Shown: positions 1 to 7,742 of the stretch, piece by piece
How the letters are laid out: every line of letters starts with the position of its first letter
How positions within the stretch are numbered: the stretch's first letter is position 1
DNA from: Pedosphaera sp.
Lineage (GTDB): Bacteria > Verrucomicrobiota > Verrucomicrobiia > Limisphaerales > SIBH01
Length of the DNA stretch: 17,889 nt
Assembly: GCA_031414955.1 (NCBI GenBank)
Contig: JANOQV010000028.1
Span: 1-17,889 of the forward strand
Direction of reading: 5' to 3'
Translations under genes and position numbers: made by a program
The notes under the pieces: model-generated
What the model was told of the DNA's origin: nothing
Database searches by the model: none
The model's input: only the letters and a program-made list of their open reading frames with translations

Positions 1-2548
1 TGCTCTGCTTGAAATGCTGGATGGCCGGACCGCCCATCTTCAGATCGAGCGCGCCGGAAGCCGCGAGCGTGAAGTCGCGGAACGAATCCGCGTCGAGCCT
101 CTGACGGTTCTGCCGCCAGAGCAGCCGGTTGTCGCCGTCGAGCGCCACTGCGTCGTCGCGCTGCTGCGATGCCTGACGATACGTGGCGCTGGTCACGATG
201 AGCCGGTGCAGTTCCTTGAGCGAACCTTTCGCCTCATCACGAAACCACACGGCCAGCCAGTCGATGAGCTCAGGATGCGACGGCGTGCCGCCCATCTTGC
301 CGAAGTCGCTCGGCGTGTCGCACAGGCCGCGACCGAAGTGAAAATTCCAGACGCGGTTCACGATGCTGCGCCACGTCAGCACGTTGTCGGAGTGCGCGAG
401 CCAGTCAGCCAGTGCGGCGCGGCGTTCGCCTTCCTCCTTGGGGTTCTTCAGCGGGAAACGCGCGGGCAGATGCGTCAGCGCGGAGAGCGCGCCTGGTTTG
501 ATGACGGCGCGGGGCTTGTCGAAATCACCGCGATGAAGAACGTGAACGACCTTGGGTTCCGGTAACGATTTCGCCTGCCTCGGCGGGTCGCCGCTGAGGA
601 TGTTCACCGACGAGGCCGCCGCATAAACGACGGATTGCGCAGGCAGCTTGGTCAGCGCCGCGTTCGCGACGATCCGGAGCGCGTGGGCGGCGATGGCGAC
701 GCGCTGGGTTTCGCTTCTTTCGGCGGCAGTCGCGGCGATGGCGGCTTCGACGTCGGCGGGAAGCGCGGCGGCGTTCGACGCATCATCCGCCGTGACCGCG
801 AGGCTGAACGCGCCGATGAGATGCCCGCCGCCGTGCGCCTGCTTGAGCACAATGGCGAGACGGGAACCCGGCTTTAGCGCCAGCGGTTCCGCGAGTTCAA
901 AGACCGCTTGATGCGACTGGCCGACGGCCGGATGAATCCCCCACGCCGTCTTGATGTCGCCATCGAGCGCGCGTTCGATGCCCCAGCCTGCTTGATTGAA
1001 ATCAGCCGTGGCGCGCCGGAATTTCACCGGCCTCGATTCGGCAGCTCCAGCCTCGAAGACGCGCAGCTCGATCTCGGACAGATGCAGATTACCGTTGTCG
1101 TTCCGTCCCGGACCACGCATCGGCAGCGAGTCATGCGCGAGGACGTTCAGGCGCAGCGCCGTGACGTTCGTGAGCGTCGTGGTCGCGGTGATGGTGTAGG
1201 TGTCCTTGTCGGGCTTGAGGCCGGAGGAAAGGAACGCGCCGTTCGTGCGCGTCAGCGTCGAGCCTTCGGTCGCGAGAAATGTTTCGGCCTCCAACGATTG
1301 CCAGCGCGCGCCCGGACCTTGCTTTGAGAGCCACTGATCCACCAGCGGCGCGTTCTCGGGTGAGAGCAGAGTGGTGGCGTTCTTCTTGTCCGCCGCCGCC
1401 ACCAAGGATTTCCAACGTCGCCGCTCGCGGGCCACAGATGAGTCTTCGTCGTAGGAGATTTCGCCTTTCAACACGCCGGCGAAAACCGCCTGGAGCGCGT
1501 AATAATCTTCCTGCGAGATGGGGTCGAACTTGTGCGCATGACAGCGCGCGCAGTTCGCGGTGGTGCTGGAGAACGCGGCCATCGTCTGTGTCACGAGGTC
1601 ATCGCGGTCGAGGTAGTCGAACGTCACCGGCGCAGTGGCGTAGGTGCTCATGTCGAACGTGCCTGCGCCGAGATAGCCGAGCGCGGGCGTGAGACGCGGT
1701 TCATCCGGGAAGAACACGTCGGCGGCGAGTTGTTCGCGGATGAAGCGCGGCCACGGGGTGTCTTGGTTGAACGCGGCGATGACGTAGTCGCGGAAAGGCC
1801 AGGCGTTGTCCCGCGCGAGGTCGTGTTCGTAACCGTGCGAGTCGGCGAAGTGAATCGTGTCCAGCCAGTGCCGCGCCCAGCGTTCGCCGTGGCGCGGTGA
1901 ATCGAGCAGGCGCGTGACGAGTTTCTCGTAGGCGCGCGCGTCCTTGTCAGCGGCAAACGCCGCGACTTCCTCGGGCGTGGGCGGCAGTCCGGTGAGGTCG
2001 TAGCTCACCCGCCGGATGAGCGTGCGGCGGTCGGCCTCTGGGGAAGGACTGAGCTTCTTCTCTTTCAGCTTCGAGCGCACGAACGCGTCGATGGGATGTT
2101 CTTTTGTCTGAGCGAGAGCGGGCTTCACCAAAGGTGCGAGCGACCAATGCGGCTTTCCAGCACCGTTGGTTCCCGCCAGTGCATCCGGCCACGCTGGCCC
2201 GGCATCGATCCAATCCCGCAGGGTCTTCACCTCAGCCTCGGTGAGCTTTTGTGCGTTGCTCTTGGCTGGCGGCATGACCAGGTCGGTGTCTTCACCGCTG
2301 ACGTAGCGGATGAGTGGACTCGCCTTCGCATTGTGCGGGATGATGGCCGCGTGTCCGCTGTCGCCGCCCTTCAGCGCGATGTCGCGAACGTCCAGCCGAT
2401 AGCCGTTCTTTTGCTTCTCCGGCCCGTGGCAGCCGAAGCAACTTCGTTCCAGAATCGGCCGGACGTCGCGGGCAAAGTCCGGCGCGGCGGGCGCGTGGAC
2501 GCCCGAGGCAATCATCCACAGGAGGCATGGCCAGCGGCACGCCTTCAT
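1..2548 (-). CDS. PSCyt1 (planctomycete cytochrome c) / DUF1549 / DUF1553 domain protein; 3' end lies beyond the left edge
   Basis: Absent from the ORF track because its stop is outside the window. Manual translation from ATG 2548: MKACRWPCLLWMIASGVHAPAAPDFARDVRPILERSCFGCHGPEKQKNGYRLD... It has CxxCH motifs at 2426-2440 (CFGCH) and 1538-1552 (CARCHAHKFDPISQEDYY), the DUF1549 motifs HPIDAFV, RRVSYDLTGLPPT and GERWARHWLD, and the DUF1553-type SGALDLKMGGP near the edge, all in one frame. Confidence 0.93.
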   Translation of the reverse strand, partial: MKACRWPCLLWMIASGVHAPAAPDFARDVRPILERSCFGCHGPEKQKNGYRLDVRDIALKGGDSGHAAIIPHNAKASPLIRYVSGEDTDLVMPPAKSNAQKLTEAEVKTLRDWIDAGPAWPDALAGTNGAGKPHWSLAPLVKPALAQTKEHPIDAFVRSKLKEKKLSPSPEADRRTLIRRVSYDLTGLPPTPEEVAAFAADKDARAYEKLVTRLLDSPRHGERWARHWLDTIHFADSHGYEHDLARDNAWPFRDYVIAAFNQDTPWPRFIREQLAADVFFPDEPRLTPALGYLGAGTFDMSTYATAPVTFDYLDRDDLVTQTMAAFSSTTANCARCHAHKFDPISQEDYYALQAVFAGVLKGEISYDEDSSVARERRRWKSLVAAADKKNATTLLSPENAPLVDQWLSKQGPGARWQSLEAETFLATEGSTLTRTNGAFLSSGLKPDKDTYTITATTTLTNVTALRLNVLAHDSLPMRGPGRNDNGNLHLSEIELRVFEAGAAESRPVKFRRATADFNQAGWGIERALDGDIKTAWGIHPAVGQSHQAVFELAEPLALKPGSRLAIVLKQAHGGGHLIGAFSLAVTADDASNAAALPADVEAAIAATAAERSETQRVAIAAHALRIVANAALTKLPAQSVVYAAASSVNILSGDPPRQAKSLPEPKVVHVLHRGDFDKPRAVIKPGALSALTHLPARFPLKNPKEEGERRAALADWLAHSDNVLTWRSIVNRVWNFHFGRGLCDTPSDFGKMGGTPSHPELIDWLAVWFRDEAKGSLKELHRLIVTSATYRQASQQRDDAVALDGDNRLLWRQNRQRLDADSFRDFTLAASGALDLKMGGPAIQHFKQS

Positions 2549-2687
2549 GATTTACGGTCTGCTGAGATCATTGCTTCTGGCCGCCTGGGTGCGGAGTTTC
2601 ATGTCCCAAACCAGACGGTGAATTCGCGGGCCGCTTCAAACTGCTTCCCCTGGCCGGACGCCGGGCCTGATCCGGGCGAGGACGCGT

Positions 2688-3731
2688 TCAAACTTTAATC
2701 GCCGTCATGAAACCACGGTCGGCGATCGTGTCCTGGTACGGCCCGACTATGAAACCGAGTTCCTCCAGAATCGAAGCGTATTCCGAATGCGTGTAGCATT
2801 TGCCCTGGGTGATGTTCATCAGCAACGCGGAATACTCGGCGACGGGCAGGGGGCCGGTCTTGTCGTCGCGGATGAACGCATCGTGGATGACCAGCAGGCC
2901 GTTGACGGGCAGGGCTTGCGCGGCTTTTTCGAGCAGGGCGCGCATCTCGGGAAAATCCCAATCGTGGAGCACATTCGAAAGCAGCAGAACGTCAGCCCCC
3001 TGCGGCCACGGTTCCTTGAACATGTCAGCGGTCACGACGTTGATTTTTTCCTCCAAGCCGTGGCGCGCAATTTCCTGACGCGTGATTCGATCCACCGGGG
3101 CTTGTTCCAGCACCGTCGCCCTGAGTTGCGCATGTGCCGCGACGAGGGCCGACGAATAAACCCCCGAGCCGCCGGCTACATCCAGCACGCGCCGGCGTTG
3201 ACCGAGTAGGGGAGTTAGAGCCTTGGCCAGCTTCTGGCCGAACACGATGCCCCGGCAGTTCATCAACTCGGTGAAGCTGCGGGCGAAGTCCTCATCCAGC
3301 ATCGAGGTGTGCCAGTCGCTGCCGTCTGCCTTGGCCTGCCAGTTGGCGGGCTTGCCGGTGCGCAGGACTTTCAAATAGCCCTGCACGATGGGCGTGTCCC
3401 GAATCGGCGCGTAGTAAGGGCCGAGATACCACGGTGAGCCTTTGACCATGTACTCACGGCCGAGTGGCGTGAGTTGGTGCCGGTCGCCAGCCTCCGTCGC
3501 GAGCAACCCGCTGGCGCGACAGAGCGTCAACAACACGTCGGCGGGCCGGGCCGCGAAACCGAAATGCTGGCACAGCGCGACCGTGCTCACGCCTGGGTTC
3601 GCCTCCACCCAGGTGAACAGATCGAAGTGCAGCAGCGCCGTCGCCAGCAACTCGGCGGAGTACTGACGATCGCGATAACGCAGCAGCAGTGCCGGGTCTG
3701 CCGAAGGCAGGGTCGTGAGCGATGGATTCAT
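2688..3731 (-). CDS. SAM-dependent O-methyltransferase (Methyltransf_2 type with N-terminal dimerisation domain), 347 aa
   Basis: SAM motif VLDVAGGSG, plus ADMF and LSNVLHDW. Likely start is ATG 3731 (MNPSLTT), just downstream of the upstream gene's stop at 3755. The ORF-track extension to 4247 overlaps that gene out of frame. Confidence 0.9.
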   Translation of the reverse strand: MNPSLTTLPSADPALLLRYRDRQYSAELLATALLHFDLFTWVEANPGVSTVALCQHFGFAARPADVLLTLCRASGLLATEAGDRHQLTPLGREYMVKGSPWYLGPYYAPIRDTPIVQGYLKVLRTGKPANWQAKADGSDWHTSMLDEDFARSFTELMNCRGIVFGQKLAKALTPLLGQRRRVLDVAGGSGVYSSALVAAHAQLRATVLEQAPVDRITRQEIARHGLEEKINVVTADMFKEPWPQGADVLLLSNVLHDWDFPEMRALLEKAAQALPVNGLLVIHDAFIRDDKTGPLPVAEYSALLMNITQGKCYTHSEYASILEELGFIVGPYQDTIADRGFMTAIKV

Positions 3732-3754
3732 GCGAGAGTGCGGCGCGCCCCGTC

Positions 3755-6364
3755 CTACTTGAACATCGCGTGTTTCCGGTTGCCGCCGGAAAGGACGTAG
3801 GCGGTGAGGTCTTGAATTTCCTCCTGCGTCAGCAAGGCGAGCAGACCCTCCGGCATGGGCGAAACCTTCGAGGCCTCGATGCTCTTCACCTTCTTGCGGT
3901 CGATGGTCTCCTGCTGGAAGGGATTCGCGGCGTCGGTGTTCACCATCACGTTGTCGCCGTTCAGATTCACGATCACACCCGTCACCGCCTCGCCGTCGTT
4001 CTTGGTGATGACCATCGGGACAAACTGCTCGTTGATTTCCTTGCTCGGGTTCAGAATCTGGTCGAGGAAGTCGCGCGCGGAATAGCGTCCGCTCGCGCCG
4101 GTCAGGTCGGGACCGGTCATGCCGCCTTCGTTGCCAAAGCGGTGACAGGCGAAGCAGCCCGCCGCGGCGAACATCTTCCGGCCGTTCTCGAAGCTGCGTT
4201 TCTTCAGCTTGCCCTCGACCTGCGGGGCCAGCGTTTCCAGCTTCCAATCAGTCGTCGTGGTCCGACCGGTGAAAACCTCCGCCATCTGGGCGAGTGGTGA
4301 TTTTTTCTCAGGCTTCTTCGCCAGCACCGTCGCCAGCGCGGTCTTCTCGCTGTCGCTCAGGCTCGCCTCAGCATCGGTGCGGATGAATTCCAGAAATTTC
4401 TCAAAGCTCGCGCCGCCGCGATAGTTCGCCGCCTTGAGAAACCACTCGAATTGCTCGGTGCGCAGCGCGGTGGTCCAGCCCGCCTTCAGGAACCGCAGCG
4501 AACGGGCGTATTCCAACTGCTCCTCCTGGCCGGGTGCGTTCTTGATCATCGTCATGGCCTTGCCCGCCAGCGTGGGCGATTGCAGGGCGGCGAGCGTTTC
4601 GCAGAGCAGCCAGTTCAGGTCGAAGCTCGGCGCGGGGAACTGCGGATCGAGTTGCGCGAGGATGCGCTTGGTCATCGCCTCGTCCGGCTGGCCAAAGCGC
4701 ACCAAGGCAATCGAATACGTGCGGACGAGCGTGAGGCGCTGCTCGTGGTTCAGCTTCTGCCAGTCGAGCTTGGCCAGCGCGTCGAGAATTTTCGCGCCCA
4801 TCGCCTTGTCCAACGGCGCGGCGCTGGGCTTGCGATGTTGTGGGTCGATACCCGTCACGCGCGTGAGCGCCATCAGCGCCTCGATTTGCAGCGCAGGATT
4901 TTTCTCCTTGAGCGCGCGATCGGCCCACGTCGCGGCGGGCTGATGCTCGATGGCCGTGCGCGCGGCCCAGCGGACAAAGCGGTCTTTATTGTCCAGTTCC
5001 GGCCACGCGGCTTTCAACGCTTTGGGACCCTGCTGGCCGTGAAAGGCTTCGAGTTCATGGCGGAACTTCCGCTCCTTTGCGCCCGCTGACGTGATGGCCT
5101 TCACCGGGGCCGTCGATTCCTTGCCGGTGTAAGTCACGCGATAGAAACCCGACTGCACCCGGCGCCCGCCGATGGCGAAATACATCGCGCCGTCGCCGGG
5201 ATGAATAATCGCGTCGGTGAGGGGCAGGGGACCGCCGGAGAGAAACTCTTCCTTCGTCGCCGTGTAGGTCGAGCCGCTGGGCTGGAGATGCACCGCGTAG
5301 AGTTTGCCCCAGCTCCAGTCGAGGATGAAGAGCGCGTCCTGATACTTGGCCGGGAATTTCGCGCCGTAGCCGAAGGTCGTGCCGGTGGGCGAGCCGGGGC
5401 CGATGTTCAGCGCCGCCGGAAGATTGTCGGGATAAAACTCGGGGCGTTTGCCCGCGCCGTTGCGCCAGCCCCATTCGCTGCCGCTGGTGACGTGATTGAT
5501 CCGCGTGGGCCGGTACCACGAGGTGTTGAAATCGTACTCCATGTCGGCGTCGTAGGTGAACAGCTCGCCGTCGCGATTGAACGCGCCGTCAAAAATGTTG
5601 CGGAAGCCGGAGGCGTAAAGCTCCCACGTTTTTCCATCCGGCGAGAACTTGTAGATGAGACCACCGGGCGCGAGACGGTCTCGATTATGGCCGCGGCCAT
5701 CCGGCATCCGCGCCAGCACATGGTCCTCGCCCCAGTTCATCATCACGCGGGAGGAATTCACCGCAGTCAGGTCGGCGTTGTTGCCGGAGATGAGGAAGAG
5801 CGATTTGCCATCCGGCGACGGCAGGATGGCGTGGACGCCGTGATCGCCGCCGGCCTTGATCTCACGGAGCAGTTCCACCTTGTCGAGCGTGTCGTCGCCC
5901 TTCGAGGAAGTGATGCGATACACGCCGCTCGGGATCTTCTTCTCGTAATCATTCACGCCGACATAGAGCGCATCGAAGGCCCAGAGCATGCCGTTCACGG
6001 CGCGAATCTCCGTCGGGAGTTTCTCGACCTTGGCCGGATCGAGCGGTTGGCCGGGAGCAGGCGGCGCGAAGCGATACAGCCCGCCGTATTGATCGCTGGC
6101 GATGATGCGGCCCTTCGGGTCGGTGCAAAGATTCACCCACGACCCTTGCTCGCCGCCGGGCACGGAGTAGAGCAGCTCGACCTGAAAATCCTTGGCCGCC
6201 TTGATGCGGCTGACGGGCGTGGCCTTGTTCTCGCCGATGGCGAGGCCGGTGTTCGGATTGGCCGCACGCGCCGGGCGATTTCGGGGCGGCGCATCCGCAG
6301 CGAGGAGCGCAATTGTGCCCAGGGAACAAACGGCCGTGGCCGCAAATTGAGTCAGTGCTTTCAT
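3755..6364 (-). CDS. Secreted PVC-type heme-binding protein (sugar-dehydrogenase-like beta-propeller, helical repeats, C-terminal cytochrome c), 869 aa
   Basis: Signal-peptide-like MKALTQFAATAVCSLGTIALLAA; propeller motifs GFRNIFD, FTYDADME, WYRPTR and GPGSPTG; C-terminal CFACH (4142-4156) followed by GPDLT, ILNPS and SPMPEGL. Confidence 0.9.
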   Translation of the reverse strand: MKALTQFAATAVCSLGTIALLAADAPPRNRPARAANPNTGLAIGENKATPVSRIKAAKDFQVELLYSVPGGEQGSWVNLCTDPKGRIIASDQYGGLYRFAPPAPGQPLDPAKVEKLPTEIRAVNGMLWAFDALYVGVNDYEKKIPSGVYRITSSKGDDTLDKVELLREIKAGGDHGVHAILPSPDGKSLFLISGNNADLTAVNSSRVMMNWGEDHVLARMPDGRGHNRDRLAPGGLIYKFSPDGKTWELYASGFRNIFDGAFNRDGELFTYDADMEYDFNTSWYRPTRINHVTSGSEWGWRNGAGKRPEFYPDNLPAALNIGPGSPTGTTFGYGAKFPAKYQDALFILDWSWGKLYAVHLQPSGSTYTATKEEFLSGGPLPLTDAIIHPGDGAMYFAIGGRRVQSGFYRVTYTGKESTAPVKAITSAGAKERKFRHELEAFHGQQGPKALKAAWPELDNKDRFVRWAARTAIEHQPAATWADRALKEKNPALQIEALMALTRVTGIDPQHRKPSAAPLDKAMGAKILDALAKLDWQKLNHEQRLTLVRTYSIALVRFGQPDEAMTKRILAQLDPQFPAPSFDLNWLLCETLAALQSPTLAGKAMTMIKNAPGQEEQLEYARSLRFLKAGWTTALRTEQFEWFLKAANYRGGASFEKFLEFIRTDAEASLSDSEKTALATVLAKKPEKKSPLAQMAEVFTGRTTTTDWKLETLAPQVEGKLKKRSFENGRKMFAAAGCFACHRFGNEGGMTGPDLTGASGRYSARDFLDQILNPSKEINEQFVPMVITKNDGEAVTGVIVNLNGDNVMVNTDAANPFQQETIDRKKVKSIEASKVSPMPEGLLALLTQEEIQDLTAYVLSGGNRKHAMFK

Positions 6365-6464
6365 GGAATGGGCGGATTGAACCGAACTCACGCAGCGAAG
6401 GCAACCACTTCACCACGCGACGAGCGCGCCTGGGTGAGGCGTGCTGGAGCGAGAGCGAAAGTCC

Positions 6465-6576
6465 CGGAGTGCGCCCGTCCTCGGGCGCAGCATGTTGAGG
6501 CAGGGCGAGGCGTTTGGATAATGCGTGAGCGTTCCGGCGTGTGGATGATGCTGCGCCCGGGGACGGGCGCGCTCCG
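6465..6576. repeat. REP-like inverted doublet (REPIN-like), family A
   Basis: 6465-6493 cggagtgcgcccgtcctcgggcgcagcat matches the reverse complement of 6548-6576 at 27/29 positions. Each arm is itself a hairpin (gcgcccg-tcct-cgggcgc). Intergenic. Confidence 0.8.
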
Positions 6577-6672
6577 CGGAAGGTGTTCACAAGCCGCCAC
6601 GACCTTGCCACCCGACCTTCGCCGGGCAACGGTTCGCGCAGCGGCCACGCGAGTCAACGCAGCCCTCGCTGC

Positions 6673-7395
6673 TCACCACGCCAGGCGCAGCAGGTGACGC
6701 AATTCCTCATCGATGTCTTCGCCCTCCGCCAGCGTGTCGGCGACCTCTTGACGGAGCAGGGTGCGAAACTCGGCGCGCATTCTGCGGACGGCAGAGGCGA
6801 TGGTGTTCTCGGTCCGGCCCAGTTTGGCGGCCACTTCGGCATAGGTGGGCGCGGCCTCGGCGGGGCCGAGGAAAACTTCCAGCTCGCGCCAGGTCTCCAG
6901 CCGGCCGCGCGTGCGGAATTTCTCGCGCAAGGCGCCAAGCGTGCGCCGCAGGATGGTGCGCGCCCATTGCCGGTCAAACTCATCGTCCGGGGTCACCGCG
7001 TCCGGCAGGGCTTGCTGGAACTGGCGCTCGGCGGATTCGAGGTCGAGAGAGAAGACTTCCGTGCAGCCACCGCGCTTCTGTCGTGTGTCACGCCGGATCG
7101 CATCGGTGATGAAGTGACGGAACGCGGTCTTGAAGAACAGGCGCAACCGGCCCTCTTCGGGAGCGAGCGGGCCGAGATCCTGGTGCCGAAGCAATCGTGC
7201 GAAGAAGCCTTGCGTGTAGTCCTCCGCGTCGTGCTGGTCATGACCACAGCGCCGGGCGAAGACATAAAGTGGTTTCCAATAGGCCCGGCACAATTCCTCG
7301 AACGCCCGTTTCCGCTGGGGTTCGGAGGTCGAGCGCAACCGCTGAATCAGGGTCCAGCGAGTGCTGGGAAACGTGGATGACTTTTCGGCGCTCAC
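6673..7395 (-). CDS. ECF sigma-70 factor of the kinase-associated PVC type (~240 aa; start uncertain: GTG 7395, ATG 7419/7422 or further upstream)
   Basis: FPSTRWTLI, AFEELCRAYWKPLYVFARR, DAEDYTQGFFARLL, region 4 TYAEVAAKLGRTENTIASAVRRMR, and C-terminal DIDEELRHL. Confidence 0.9.
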   Translation of the reverse strand: MSAEKSSTFPSTRWTLIQRLRSTSEPQRKRAFEELCRAYWKPLYVFARRCGHDQHDAEDYTQGFFARLLRHQDLGPLAPEEGRLRLFFKTAFRHFITDAIRRDTRQKRGGCTEVFSLDLESAERQFQQALPDAVTPDDEFDRQWARTILRRTLGALREKFRTRGRLETWRELEVFLGPAEAAPTYAEVAAKLGRTENTIASAVRRMRAEFRTLLRQEVADTLAEGEDIDEELRHLLRLAW

Positions 7396-7512
7396 GGTAC
7401 GAGAGTATTGTCGGCCCATCATCGGCGTCGAGCTTCGGCTCAAGCGTTCTTCAGCCTCGGGGCGCATGTCAGTTTTTTTGAGCACTCCATTACGGCGAAG
7501 GCGCGGTCGATT

Positions 7513-7643
7513 CTCCCTCTCCCCTCAACGGGGAGAGGGCCGGGGAGAGGGGTGGGAACGGCGTGGCACTGTAGTGTTGTGAGAGTCACTCGACCTTACC
7601 ACCCCTCACCCTCAATCCCTCTCCCCGTTGAGGGGCGAGGGAG
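7513..7643. repeat. REP-like inverted doublet, family B (CCCTCTCCCC...GGGGAGAGGG type)
   Basis: 7513-7555 ctccctctcccctcaacggggagagggccggggagaggggtgg is an imperfect inverted copy of 7599-7643. Each arm contains the hairpin ccctctcccc-N5-ggggagaggg or a variant. Confidence 0.82.
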
Positions 7644-7742
7644 GCCTGATCGCGCCCACGCCGGAGATTGCCAAGCCTCTCGCGATTTGAAATCGTCGCG
7701 TCATGAACCAGCGGCCCTCGTCGCGTCCACTCCAGGCTTTTG

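Noticed and set aside
3732..4247. 172-aa N-terminal extension of the methyltransferase
   Set aside because: Overlaps the heme protein's cytochrome domain out of frame; the real start is more plausibly 3731.
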